Source: Acidobacteriota bacterium (GTDB taxonomy: Bacteria > Acidobacteriota > UBA890 > WLXD01). From it: a DNA stretch of 64,000 nucleotides. Every line of letters starts with the position of its first letter. Position 1 is the first letter of the stretch. Under the pieces are notes generated by a model. The model did not search any database. It saw only the letters and a program-made list of their open reading frames with translations, and was not told where the DNA came from. The DNA lies in assembly GCA_965248695.1 (NCBI GenBank), contig CBDFKD010000002.1:3072001-3136000 (forward strand), read 5' to 3'. Shown piece by piece: positions 12,563 through 22,510 of the stretch. The position numbers and the translations under genes were made by a program.

Positions 12563-14800
12563 ATGCGTAGACGAGACTTCCTGAAAGCAACGACTCTGGC
12601 CGCCGGCGTCTCCTTGCTGGAAGGCTGCTCACGACGGGAAGACGAGGTACTGCTGCAGCCCGCCACGCGCCCCGACCAGCTTGCGGGAGTGACTGATTGG
12701 CGATACGGCGTCTGCCAGCAGTGCACCGCGGGATGCGGCATTCAGGTACGTGTGGTGGACGGCAACGTCAAGAAAATCGAGGGCAACCCCGACCACCCGG
12801 TGAACCTAGGTGGCGTGTGCGCGCTTGGCCAGTCGTTGCCCCAGGCGTTGTACGACCCAGACCGGGTGTTGGTACCGCAACGGCGCAGCGGGGGGCGCGG
12901 CGCAGGGCAGTTCGAGGCGCTGTCGTGGGAAGACGCCCTCGCCGAGCTCGTCGAGACGATTGCCACCACGCCCGCCGAACGGCTGGCGATCATCGGCTCG
13001 GAACGCGCCGGCCTGGTCGGCGCGCTGTGGCAGCGCTTTGCCGCGGCGCGCGGCGCGCCGGCGCCCGTCTTCGCCGAAGCTCCGGAGCTCGAGATCGAAC
13101 GCCGGGCGGCGACGATCAGCCTCGGCGTGGACGATATGCCGTACTTCGACCTCGGACGCACCGACTACGCTCTTTCGATCGGCGCCCCGTTTCTCGATCG
13201 CTGGCGCAGCCCAGTGCACTACGCGCGCATGCTGGCGCGCATGCGTCGGGGACGGCCCGGACGGCGCGGCAAGCTGGTGCACGCTGAGCCACGCATGTCA
13301 CTCACCGCCGCAAACGCCGACGAGTGGCTGGCGCCTCGCCCGGGTACCGAGGGGGTGCTGGCGCGCACGATTGCCGGTGTCTTGCTGACCGGCGAGTCCG
13401 TCGGTGAAGCGGCGGCCAGTCGCTATCGATCGCTCTTTCCCGCCGACCCGCCAACGCTGGAAGAAGGCGCCGCGGCGTGTGATCTGTCGGCCGACAAGGT
13501 CCACCGCATCGGTCAGGAGCTCATCGCGGCGGACCGCGGCGTGGTCATCGCCGGCGGATCGGCGGCGGCGCATTCCAACGGGCTGTTCAACGTCGTGGCA
13601 GCGCTGGCGCTAAACCTTCTCCTCGACAACCTCGGACGCCCCGGCGGCGTGTTCTCTCCCACCGCGTTCCGGCTCGCCAACGGCGTCGGGCCCGTCGACG
13701 CAGCCGACGGCTCGATGACCGATTTGTTGGCCCGCCTGCGCGGCGAGTCCGCCGACCCGGTCGGGGCACTGGTCATCGCCGCGGACGACCCTCTGCATAC
13801 GCTGCCCCGCGGCCAAGGGCTCGCCGAGGCGTTGGCCGGAGCAGGCAAGATCATCGCCCTGAGCAGCTCCATGGACGACACCGCGATGTACGCCGACCTG
13901 CTACTACCCCTGCGTACCGAGCTCGAACGATTCAACGCCGTCGAGCCGGCGTCGACTATAGGAGTTCCGGTGCTCGGCCTGGCCAGACCGGTCGTCGATC
14001 CCCTCGGCGAGGGACACCACGTGGGCGACGTGATCCTGGCTACCGCCGCGGCTCTCGGCGAGCCAATGGCCTCTGAGCTTCCATGGACGAGCTTCGCGGC
14101 GCTGGCGCAGGCACGGGTGGACGAGGAACTGGCTCGATCGGCCGGCGACGCGGGGCCGGGGATCAGCGTGACTTCCAGCGAGGCGCTATCTCGCGGCGGC
14201 GTATTCCCGGCCGGCGCACCCTCAGACACCCCGCCGGGCCCAGCGGCGACCGCGCCCGCCGCCACCGAGCCGGCGTTCGACGGCGACGCGGCGCGCTTTC
14301 CGTTCCTGCTGCAACCCTTCGAATCCGTGAAGCTCGGCGATGGCCGGGGCGCGAACCGACCTTGGTTGCAAGAGCTGCCGGATCCGCTCTCTACCGTGAT
14401 GTGGGACAGCTGGGCAGAGCTGTCGCCGGCGGACGCAACCGAGCTCGGTATTCTCGATGGTGACCGCCTCCGAATCGAGTCGCCCAGCGGCTCGATCGAG
14501 GTCGGCGCGGTCATCGATCCGGCAGTAAGGCCCGGACTGGTCGGCGTCCCCAGAGGTCAAGGACATCGCGACCACGGACGCTACGCTCGGGGGCGCGGAG
14601 CCAACCCACTCGACTTGATCGGCCCGCTCCAGGTCGAAGGGCAAGGGGTCTCGGCATGGGCCGCGACGCGGGTACGCATCGAGCGCCTGGGACCTGGCAA
14701 GCTGACGCGCCACGGTGCCCGGCTGGCGGATCGCGGCGCCGGCGAGCACATTCCCGTTGGCTGGGCTCCCAACCCGGCGCCCCCGGAGAATCTGGCATGA
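12563..14800 (+). CDS. Tat-exported molybdopterin-oxidoreductase-like subunit (QrcB/ActB1-like)
   Basis: RRRDFLK Tat motif, LEGC lipobox, CQQCTAGC...KIEGNPDHP.N.GGVC, GDGRGANRPWLQELPDP motif typical of ActB/QrcB. Confidence 0.85.
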   Translation: MRRRDFLKATTLAAGVSLLEGCSRREDEVLLQPATRPDQLAGVTDWRYGVCQQCTAGCGIQVRVVDGNVKKIEGNPDHPVNLGGVCALGQSLPQALYDPDRVLVPQRRSGGRGAGQFEALSWEDALAELVETIATTPAERLAIIGSERAGLVGALWQRFAAARGAPAPVFAEAPELEIERRAATISLGVDDMPYFDLGRTDYALSIGAPFLDRWRSPVHYARMLARMRRGRPGRRGKLVHAEPRMSLTAANADEWLAPRPGTEGVLARTIAGVLLTGESVGEAAASRYRSLFPADPPTLEEGAAACDLSADKVHRIGQELIAADRGVVIAGGSAAAHSNGLFNVVAALALNLLLDNLGRPGGVFSPTAFRLANGVGPVDAADGSMTDLLARLRGESADPVGALVIAADDPLHTLPRGQGLAEALAGAGKIIALSSSMDDTAMYADLLLPLRTELERFNAVEPASTIGVPVLGLARPVVDPLGEGHHVGDVILATAAALGEPMASELPWTSFAALAQARVDEELARSAGDAGPGISVTSSEALSRGGVFPAGAPSDTPPGPAATAPAATEPAFDGDAARFPFLLQPFESVKLGDGRGANRPWLQELPDPLSTVMWDSWAELSPADATELGILDGDRLRIESPSGSIEVGAVIDPAVRPGLVGVPRGQGHRDHGRYARGRGANPLDLIGPLQVEGQGVSAWAATRVRIERLGPGKLTRHGARLADRGAGEHIPVGWAPNPAPPENLA

Positions 14801-15486
14801 CGCGCTGGGGGATGGTCATCGACACCGACATCTGCACCGGCTGCGAGGCGTGCGTGGTCGCCTGCACGGCTGAAAACAACGTCCAATCCGTGGGTCCCGA
14901 AGAGGCCGCCAACGGCCGCGCCATGCACTGGCTTCGGATCGAGCGCGAGTACGAGGGGACCTTCCCCGACATCAAGGTTCGTTTCCGGCCCGTCCTGTGC
15001 CAGCAATGCGGCGAAGCGCCGTGCGAGCCGGTGTGCCCGGTCTACGCCACCTACCACACGGACGAGGGCCTCAATGCGATGGTCTATAGCCGTTGCATCG
15101 GCACCCGCTACTGCGCCAACAACTGTCCCTACACCGTGCGCGTGTTCAACTTTCATACTGCCGACTGGCCGGCTCCCCTGGACCGGCAGCTGAACCCGGA
15201 TGTGAGCCCGCGGCCGGCTGGCGTCATGGAGAAGTGCACCTTCTGCGTGCAACGCATCCAGGACGGGCAGGACCACGCCAAAGACGAAGAGCGCGAGGTC
15301 GCCGATGGGGAGATTCAGCCTGCTTGCGCGCAATCTTGTCCGGCGCAGGCGATCGTCTTCGGCAACCTCGAGGACCCTGAGAGCCGCGTTGCGCGACTCG
15401 CCCGCAGCGACCGCGCCTATCACCTGCTCGAAGACCTCGACACGAAGCCCGCGGTGATCTACCTGCAGGGAGACGACTGGGGGTGA
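14797..15486 (+). CDS. 4Fe-4S electron-transfer subunit (QrcC/ActB2, DmsB/NrfC family)
   Basis: CTGCEACVVAC, CQQCGEAPCEPVC, RCIGTRYCANNCPY, GVMEKCTFC; ATGA overlap with the upstream gene. Confidence 0.9.
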   Translation: MTRWGMVIDTDICTGCEACVVACTAENNVQSVGPEEAANGRAMHWLRIEREYEGTFPDIKVRFRPVLCQQCGEAPCEPVCPVYATYHTDEGLNAMVYSRCIGTRYCANNCPYTVRVFNFHTADWPAPLDRQLNPDVSPRPAGVMEKCTFCVQRIQDGQDHAKDEEREVADGEIQPACAQSCPAQAIVFGNLEDPESRVARLARSDRAYHLLEDLDTKPAVIYLQGDDWG

Positions 15487-16877
15487 GCACAACATCCGTG
15501 CACCGTGACGCGCCCATCCCGGGCCGCCCTGATGAGGAAGCGATCTTCCGCCCCTTGGTCGGCGTGCGGCCCGGACTGATCGCCGGCAGTCTGGTCACCG
15601 GGGCGCTCGTGGGCCTGCTGCTCTACTGCTGGAGCTATCAGGTTCGCAACGACATCGGCGTGGCCGGAATCAACCGACCGGTGTTCTGGGGGTTCTACAT
15701 CACCAACTTCGTCTTCTGGATCGGCATCAGCCATGCCGGGACCCTGATCTCGGCGATCCTGCGCGTGACAGCGGCGGAATGGCGCCGACCGGTCACCCGT
15801 TGCGCCGAGGCGATCACCGTGTTCGCGCTGAGCATCGGTGGGCTGTTCCCGCTCATCCATCTGGGCCGGGTGTGGAACTTCTACTACATGATCCCGCTGC
15901 CGAATTCTCGCGGGCTATGGCCGAACTTCAGATCACCGCTGATGTGGGACATGGTGGCGATCAACGCGTACCTGCTCGGCAGCGTGCTCTACCTGGCACT
16001 GCCGCTGCTACCGGACATGGCCATCCTGCGCGACCGTGTGATGGCTGAACAGCCTGGCAGCGCACGTGCGTTTCTGTACCGCCTGTTAGCGATGGGATGG
16101 CGTGGAACACCGCAACAGTGGCACTCGCTGGAAGCTGGCATTCGTGTCATGGCGGTGGTCATCATCCCGGTTGCCATCTCGGTCCACACGATCGTCTCGT
16201 GGGACTTCGCCATGTCGCTGACTCCCATGTGGCACAGCACCATCTTCGGACCGTACTTCGTGGTCGGCGCCATCTACTCCGGCATTGCGGTGCTCATGGT
16301 GGCAATGTACCTGCTGCGGTCCGGATTGCGGCTCGAGCGCTATCTCGACGATCGGGTGTTCGCCAACCTTGGGCTGCTGTTCGTGACCATGACGCTGCTC
16401 TGGAGCTACTTCACCTACGCCGAGCATCTGACCGTCTGGTACGGTGATCAGGCGGCGGAGATCGCGGTGTTCAACGAGCGCATCTGGGGGCAATTCGCCC
16501 CGTATTTCTGGACGATGCTGGTCTTCAACACGGTGATACCGCTCGCAGTGTTGCCGTTTCGATGGGGCCGACAACCAGTGTGGACCGCGGTAGTCGGCAT
16601 GTTCGTGCTGGTCGGCATGTGGCTGGAACGCTACCTCATCGTGGTCGGCTCGCTGAGCGTGCCCCGCCTCGAGTTCACCGTCGGCCACTACCAGGCAACG
16701 TGGGTGGAGTGGGGCATCCTGCTCGGCTCGTTCGGACTCTTCGGGTTCCTCTACTTCGTGTTCCTGCAGGCGGCCCCGATCGTGTCGATCTGGGAGGTAC
16801 GCGAGGGCGAGCACCTCGCCGGCAGGCAAGTAGCCGAAGGTGAGCCGACGCTCCAGGCCCTGGGCGGGGAGTCGTAG
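15483..16877 (+). CDS. actC: NrfD/PsrC-family quinol-binding membrane subunit (ActC-like)
   Basis: FWGFYITNFVFWIGISHAGTLISAIL, HLGR.W, PNFRSPL.WD, SVHTIVSWDFA, WHSTIF; about 10 TM helices. Confidence 0.9.
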   Translation: MSTTSVHRDAPIPGRPDEEAIFRPLVGVRPGLIAGSLVTGALVGLLLYCWSYQVRNDIGVAGINRPVFWGFYITNFVFWIGISHAGTLISAILRVTAAEWRRPVTRCAEAITVFALSIGGLFPLIHLGRVWNFYYMIPLPNSRGLWPNFRSPLMWDMVAINAYLLGSVLYLALPLLPDMAILRDRVMAEQPGSARAFLYRLLAMGWRGTPQQWHSLEAGIRVMAVVIIPVAISVHTIVSWDFAMSLTPMWHSTIFGPYFVVGAIYSGIAVLMVAMYLLRSGLRLERYLDDRVFANLGLLFVTMTLLWSYFTYAEHLTVWYGDQAAEIAVFNERIWGQFAPYFWTMLVFNTVIPLAVLPFRWGRQPVWTAVVGMFVLVGMWLERYLIVVGSLSVPRLEFTVGHYQATWVEWGILLGSFGLFGFLYFVFLQAAPIVSIWEVREGEHLAGRQVAEGEPTLQALGGES

Positions 16878-16879
16878 GA

Positions 16880-17398
16880 ATGGCGATTGATACCACTGCG
16901 ACCCACGCCGTCTTCGACTCCGGGTCGGAGGTGCGCAAAGCATTGACCGTGCTACGGCGTGACGGCATCGACCCCGACGACATCGAGATCCGCAGCTCGA
17001 TCCCGATCGACGCGGGAAGCCTCGCACCGATGGGAGCGCCCCAACGGTCCCGGGCGCCAGCGATGGCAGTGCTCGGCGGCGCGCTCGGTGCCACTGCCGC
17101 GTATCTGCTGGTGGCATTGACGTCGCGCGCCTACCCGATGGTGACTGGAGGGATGCCCATCGTTCCGTTGATGTCGACTGCGATCATCGTCTTCGAGGGA
17201 GCCGCGATGGGGTGCATCCTGCTGACCGTCGCGACGGTGCTGCTCGAATGCCGACTACCGCGACTGGCGTGGAAGCCAGGACCGTTCGACGCGGAGCTCG
17301 CCGCCGGACAGATCGTCGTCGCCGTGCGCGGGGACCCGAGCCCCGAATGGACGGTCAACGCTCTGGCCACCTCACCCGATGCCGCGGGCGGCGAGTAG
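16880..17398 (+). CDS. actD: ActD / DUF3341-like membrane subunit
   Basis: Two TM helices with YPM.TGG.P and IIVFE motif; position directly after actC. Confidence 0.72.
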   Translation: MAIDTTATHAVFDSGSEVRKALTVLRRDGIDPDDIEIRSSIPIDAGSLAPMGAPQRSRAPAMAVLGGALGATAAYLLVALTSRAYPMVTGGMPIVPLMSTAIIVFEGAAMGCILLTVATVLLECRLPRLAWKPGPFDAELAAGQIVVAVRGDPSPEWTVNALATSPDAAGGE

Positions 17399-17414
17399 TC
17401 GTACTCACCGGTTC

Positions 17415-17447
17415 TAGTGGCCTGTAACAGACGATCGTTGCCTATCG
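17415..17447 (+). repeat. Solo left end of the MITE-like element (33 bp)
   Basis: TAGTGGCCTGTAACAGACGATCGTTGCCTATCG matches 53395-53427 at 31/33 positions; preceded by C (CTAG). Confidence 0.85.
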
Positions 17448-17468
17448 CGCCGGCAGATGGTTTTCTTG

Positions 17469-19466
17469 CTAGGCGATCGGCGGCTTGGCTATCGCCGGCA
17501 TCGCCCGTCGCTGCAACACCTCCTGAACGGCGCGGTGCGCCTCCAGGATCGCCGCATCGGTGTGCGGGCTGGCAGCGGCGTCCGAGTTGGCGATGGTGAT
17601 CGAGCCGAATGGCTGACGCGCGATCACGCACGGGCGCTCGTCGGTGCTGGTGAAGGCCCACTCCATGGGGTCGTAGAGGGTGTTGTAGGTGTAGGAGTAG
17701 CCGTGCGGCCAACGATTGACGGCGATCGCCACGATGTCTTCCGCCGGATCGAAGCCGCCGCCACCCAGCATCCGCCCGAGTTGGTCGCGGATCTTTTCCT
17801 CCCAGGTCTCGAACGGGGTCACCAGGAGCTCCTCGCGGCCCATGACGTGCTGCCGCTTGCGCCGTTCGCCCGGATAGTTGAGGTAACGGTAGAGCGACAA
17901 CACGATGGGCTCCTCGGGTGACTCGGCATGCCTCAGGTCACCCAGGCTCACCGCCTCATCGAGACCCACCCCGGCGTGGTACATGGTCGGCGCGCTGATG
18001 TAGCTCACGCCGAGCTTCTCGAACGCGGTCCAGTTGCGGATCGCGACGCTGGTGTATACCAGCGGGCCTTTCATGGCGAACTCGAGCGCTTCCTTCTGCT
18101 TCGTCGGCAGCTCGGGCACGAGATACGGAATGACGCGGTTGTAGCACGCCATGACGCAGTGGCGTCCGCGGACGTGGTAGGTGCGACCGTCGTGTACGTA
18201 GCTGACCTCGACCGCCTCCTTGCCTGCAGAATCGGTGTGCCGTGCGCGCACCACGGTGCTGTTGAGCCGGATGCGCGCTGACTGGCCTTCACGATCCAGC
18301 AGCCCGTAGTTCACCCGGGCCATCCCGACGTCTTCCTGCGTGGTGCCGGGGACGGCGTCCGGGATCAACCAGCGGACCATCAACCGGGTGACGGTGGCGT
18401 TGCCGTCCGGGAAATGAACCGATCCGGGGCCAGGCCGCTGGCGACCGTGATGGCCACCGGGCAAGTCGGCGAGCAGGCCGTCGGACATCGGCTCCAGGCC
18501 CATGCCGTCGAACCCCGGCTGACCCATGCCCCAGGCATACAGCGCCGGCAACGCGTCGGCGCCGACCGCGAAGCTGCCGTTGCCGGTGCCGGCGAAGAAC
18601 CACATGACCTCCGGGTCGACCTTCGCCACCTCGAGCATGAAGTCGGTGTAGGTCATCTTCGCCAGCCGCTCCTTCTTGTCGGCCGACGACAGGCCCGGGA
18701 AATAGTCCGGCTGATGGTCGGAGTAGAGCGCCAGATAGTCCTTCTGTGCCTTGGCCGAAAGGGGTGTCTGGGCGATGAACTCGGCGTTCGAGCCGCGCCG
18801 GCCCCCGGACCGTTTGACCAGTCGATCCTCCCCCCACGTCTCGGAGTCGAAGAAGTACGACGACCCGAGACCCATGCGGCGGTACATCTGCCGGCTGTCG
18901 GCGTTGTCCTCCAGGAAACGATCGAGATCGATGCCGATGTCCGCCAGCAACCGCTGGGAAGGCTGGTTGTAGCGTCCCGGAGATTCGATGTTGAGCGTGC
19001 CCCCGTTGAGGGCCAGGGTGCGCCCGTTGTAGTGGAACTCGTTGCGCTTGGCGTGACCGCCGAAGTCATCGTGATTATCGAGGATCAGCACGCGCGCCTC
19101 GCGGCCCACGTTCTTGATGAACATCTGCGCCGCTGCCAGGCCGCTGATACCGCCGCCGACGACCACGAGGTCATAGCGCTCGCCGGAGTCGACGGCGTCG
19201 GAGAAATCCCAGCCGCGCTGGTCACGCATCTGGTGCGCAACCTCGAAGGCGCCATCGTGGGTGCCGCGCAGTCCATGTCGCAGCGGCGGATAGTCGGCCG
19301 GGGACTGATGCGCGCTCCCGAGACCGTGGCTACTGGGAGCCTCCACGCGGTTGCTGCGACCGAGGCCACCCAGCGCCAGTGCGCCGCTGACCGGAACCGC
19401 CATGCCGTTGACGAAGTCGCGCCGTGTGATTTGACGATCCATGCCCAGGTCACGCCTACGTCCCAC
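17469..19466 (-). CDS. Tat-exported FAD-dependent oxidoreductase, spermidine dehydrogenase (SpdH)-like
   Basis: ITRRDFVNG Tat motif, YPP...GLRG.H.G.FE.AH, GGGISGL, DNHDDFGGHAKRNEF, NRWPHGY, IANSDA. Confidence 0.8.
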   Translation of the reverse strand: MGRRRDLGMDRQITRRDFVNGMAVPVSGALALGGLGRSNRVEAPSSHGLGSAHQSPADYPPLRHGLRGTHDGAFEVAHQMRDQRGWDFSDAVDSGERYDLVVVGGGISGLAAAQMFIKNVGREARVLILDNHDDFGGHAKRNEFHYNGRTLALNGGTLNIESPGRYNQPSQRLLADIGIDLDRFLEDNADSRQMYRRMGLGSSYFFDSETWGEDRLVKRSGGRRGSNAEFIAQTPLSAKAQKDYLALYSDHQPDYFPGLSSADKKERLAKMTYTDFMLEVAKVDPEVMWFFAGTGNGSFAVGADALPALYAWGMGQPGFDGMGLEPMSDGLLADLPGGHHGRQRPGPGSVHFPDGNATVTRLMVRWLIPDAVPGTTQEDVGMARVNYGLLDREGQSARIRLNSTVVRARHTDSAGKEAVEVSYVHDGRTYHVRGRHCVMACYNRVIPYLVPELPTKQKEALEFAMKGPLVYTSVAIRNWTAFEKLGVSYISAPTMYHAGVGLDEAVSLGDLRHAESPEEPIVLSLYRYLNYPGERRKRQHVMGREELLVTPFETWEEKIRDQLGRMLGGGGFDPAEDIVAIAVNRWPHGYSYTYNTLYDPMEWAFTSTDERPCVIARQPFGSITIANSDAAASPHTDAAILEAHRAVQEVLQRRAMPAIAKPPIA

Positions 19467-19693
19467 GCCGCACCTCCTGCTGATTGTCGTCGATCGTTCG
19501 AGCTATCGCGTTGGCATTGCCAGCCGTCGCGCAGCCTATCATCGGAGCCAGGGCGGGCCCCAGCCGGGCCCACCCACCCCCGGTTGCAACTGGGCCGCTC
19601 AGAGCTGTCGTCCGGACGTCTGCTCGACTGTACAGTGCCGGACAGCGAGCTCATTTTTCACGATCCGGATCGACGACCTACACAGGAGGAGCG

Positions 19694-20905
19694 ATGCAGA
19701 TAGCGAGGGTACCCATGGGCGTCCGCTCTTTCCTCTCGCCCCGTCTCGTGGCCGCGCTCGCAGCGACGATCGCGATCGCACCGACGGCGACTCGATCCAA
19801 CCAGGAGGCCGACCAGGAGGTCATCGACGCCTTCGCCCGGCGGATCACGGCCGATGTGGCCACCGACGGCACCGGCGGCATGACCGCGGCTATGTTCCAC
19901 GGAGATCAGCTGTTGTGGGCTCAGGGGTTCGGATGGGCCGACCCGGCGGCCAAAGTGCCCGCCGGAGTGCGAACGATCTACCGCACTGGCTCGATCTCGA
20001 AATCGTTTACCGCTGTGTTGCTGGCGGACCTGGTCGAAGAAGGAACCGTCGAGCTCGACGATGCGGTGGCATCGGTATTGCCGGAGGTGGCGGGTTTCGG
20101 TGCCCTCCCGGCCGGCTCGGCACCGGTGACCTTCCGGCAGCTAGCAAGCCACACGGCAGGACTGATCCGCGAGCCGGAGCTCGAGGGGGCCGCGTCAGGC
20201 GCTATCCAGGACTGGGGGCACAAGATCCTCTTGTCGATCGAGCACACGCGCTACTTCGCGGCGCCGGGCACCGAGTACCGCTACTCCAACATTGGCTTTG
20301 GCGTGCTCGGCTACGCGCTGCAGCGAGCCACCGGAACATCGTTCATGGAGCTCGTCCGCAGGCGCATCTTCGAGCCCCTGGGAATGAGCTCCTCGGCCTT
20401 CATCGTCGGACCGGGGCTGCGGCGACGCCTCGCCGTCGGAATTGCCAATCGCAGCTACGTGGAGGGCGAGGAGGCCCGAACGGACACCGAGTTGCCGGCA
20501 CTGGAGCACGCCGGCCGCGGCTACAAAATACCGAACGGCGGCGTCTACTCGACCGTTGGCGACCTGGCAACGTTCGCTGCGGCGGTCATGGGACGCACGG
20601 AGCACGCGTTGCTGCACCCTGAGACCCGCGACGAGATGACGCGGCCACAAACGCCCCCGGGCTCGGCGACAACCTACGGCCTCGGCTTCAGTATCGACGA
20701 CGTGGTGCTCGCCAATGGCGCCACCGCCCGCCTCGTGGGGCACGGCGGATCCGTCGCCGGCTACACCGCTCATCTCGTGTTTGACTCAGCAAGCGGCTTC
20801 GGGGTGGTGCTGTTGCGCAACTACAACGGTGGCGCGACGAACCTCGCCGAGGCGGCCAACGGTCTGCTCGCGACCTTGTTGGAGGCCCACGCGGCTGGCG
20901 ACTAG
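19694..20905 (+). CDS. Serine hydrolase, beta-lactamase/PBP-like family
   Basis: SxxK (SISK), YSN, HGG motifs; AGGAGG RBS before ATG 19694. Confidence 0.88.
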   Translation: MQIARVPMGVRSFLSPRLVAALAATIAIAPTATRSNQEADQEVIDAFARRITADVATDGTGGMTAAMFHGDQLLWAQGFGWADPAAKVPAGVRTIYRTGSISKSFTAVLLADLVEEGTVELDDAVASVLPEVAGFGALPAGSAPVTFRQLASHTAGLIREPELEGAASGAIQDWGHKILLSIEHTRYFAAPGTEYRYSNIGFGVLGYALQRATGTSFMELVRRRIFEPLGMSSSAFIVGPGLRRRLAVGIANRSYVEGEEARTDTELPALEHAGRGYKIPNGGVYSTVGDLATFAAAVMGRTEHALLHPETRDEMTRPQTPPGSATTYGLGFSIDDVVLANGATARLVGHGGSVAGYTAHLVFDSASGFGVVLLRNYNGGATNLAEAANGLLATLLEAHAAGD

Positions 20906-20981
20906 CGAACGTTCTGCTATGTTGCTGGCCGACCGTCGCCAAGTGCACCACCGCGCCGGCGCGCGCACCAGGGAGAAGCCC

Positions 20982-22496
20982 ATGTCATCTGCCTCCAAAC
21001 GATTCGTGCTCAGTGTGCTCATCCTCGCGGTCGTTGCCTTCACCGCGTCCATACAGGCGCAGACCGGCGAGAGCTTCGACATCGTTCTTTCCGGTGGTCG
21101 CGTGCTGGATCCCGAGACCGGCCTCGACGCGGTGCGCAATATCGGTATCCGCGGTGACCGCATCGACGCGATCTCGGAGGGCTCGCTCGACGGCAACATC
21201 GTCGTCGACGTCAGCGGCCTGGTGGTGACCCCGGGGTTCGTCGACCTGCATGCGCATGGGCAGAGCATGGAGGCCAACGAGTACCAGGCGCACGATGGAG
21301 TCACGACGGCGCTCGAGCTCGAAGGCGGTGTCGGCGATGTGGAGCGCTTCATCGCCCGCCGCACCGGCAACGCGATGCTCAACTTCGGTGCGTCTGTGGC
21401 GCACAACTTCAACCGTGTCTGGGCGATGCCCGAGAGGGCCGCGGAGGTGGCGCGCCTCGAGGAGCTGTTCGCCGCCGGCTCCGACAACGACGCCGGGCTG
21501 ACCGAGGTCATGCAGAGCCTGCGGCGCGCCGGCTACGAACCCATCGACCGCAACGCCATCGGCCGACTGCGGGAACGTTTCGAGCTCGGTCTGCGGGCCG
21601 GCGGGCTGGGACTCGGGGTACCGCATCAGTACTACCCCGGCGCCGACTACGACGAGATCTTCCGGGTCTTCGAGATGGCCGCCGAGTGGGACGTGCCGAT
21701 CTATACCCACGTCCGCAGCATGGAGGTCGGCGCTTTCCAGGAGGTCATCGCCAACGCCGCCGCTACCGGCGCGCCGCTTCACATCGTGCACGTCAACAGC
21801 ATGAGCCTGGGCAACATCGCGACGGTGCTCGACATCATCGGTGCGGCGCAAGCGCGCGGTTTGGACGTCACCACCGAGGCCTATCCCTACACCGCCGGCT
21901 CAACGGGCATCGGCTCGGCAATCTTCGATGACGGGTGGCAGGAGCTTCTCGGGGTGAGCTACGGCGACATCCAGTGGGAGGACACCGGCGAGCGCCTCAC
22001 CGAGGAGACTTTCAACAAGTACCGCGCCGAGGGCGGTACGGTGATCATTCACGTCATGAAACCCGAGTGGATCGAGCTGGCGATGCGCACCCCGTTCGTG
22101 ATGGTGGCGTCGGACGGCATGCCGTACGCGCCCGGCGCCCACCCGCGCAGCGCCGGGACGTACTCGCGGTTCCTGGGCTACTACGTGCGCGAGCTCGAGC
22201 TCATGCCGCTGATCGAGGCGGTCGCCAAGATCTCGTTGATGCCGGCGCAGCGCCTCGAGAAGGTCGCCCCCGCAATGGCGCGCAAAGGACGTCTTCAGGT
22301 CGGAGCCGATGCCGATGTCACTGTCTTCGCGCCCGGACGGATCATCGACACCGCCACTTTCGAGGACGACCTGTCGTTTGCCGAGGGCGTCGAGCACGTG
22401 CTGGTGAACGGTACTTTCGTGGTGCGAGATGGGGAAACCGTCGAAGGTGCGCGACCCGGGCGACCGGTGCTCGGGAAGATGTACTCCGGTAGCTAG
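20982..22496 (+). CDS. Secreted amidohydrolase (N-acyl-D-amino acid deacylase-like)
   Basis: PGFVDLHAH, TTEAYPY, ASDG..., HPRSAGT, KGRLQVGADAD; signal peptide. Confidence 0.85.
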   Translation: MSSASKRFVLSVLILAVVAFTASIQAQTGESFDIVLSGGRVLDPETGLDAVRNIGIRGDRIDAISEGSLDGNIVVDVSGLVVTPGFVDLHAHGQSMEANEYQAHDGVTTALELEGGVGDVERFIARRTGNAMLNFGASVAHNFNRVWAMPERAAEVARLEELFAAGSDNDAGLTEVMQSLRRAGYEPIDRNAIGRLRERFELGLRAGGLGLGVPHQYYPGADYDEIFRVFEMAAEWDVPIYTHVRSMEVGAFQEVIANAAATGAPLHIVHVNSMSLGNIATVLDIIGAAQARGLDVTTEAYPYTAGSTGIGSAIFDDGWQELLGVSYGDIQWEDTGERLTEETFNKYRAEGGTVIIHVMKPEWIELAMRTPFVMVASDGMPYAPGAHPRSAGTYSRFLGYYVRELELMPLIEAVAKISLMPAQRLEKVAPAMARKGRLQVGADADVTVFAPGRIIDTATFEDDLSFAEGVEHVLVNGTFVVRDGETVEGARPGRPVLGKMYSGS

Positions 22497-22510
22497 ACGC
22501 CGAGGCGAGA

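Noticed and set aside
12563-14800. Catalytic formate/nitrate/DMSO reductase
   Set aside because: Context and motifs match Qrc/ACIII B subunits; no Mo-ligand motif could be recognised by eye
19694-20905. Antibiotic-resistance beta-lactamase
   Set aside because: Generic serine hydrolase motifs (HGG rather than KTG) beside a D-aminoacylase suggest peptide catabolism
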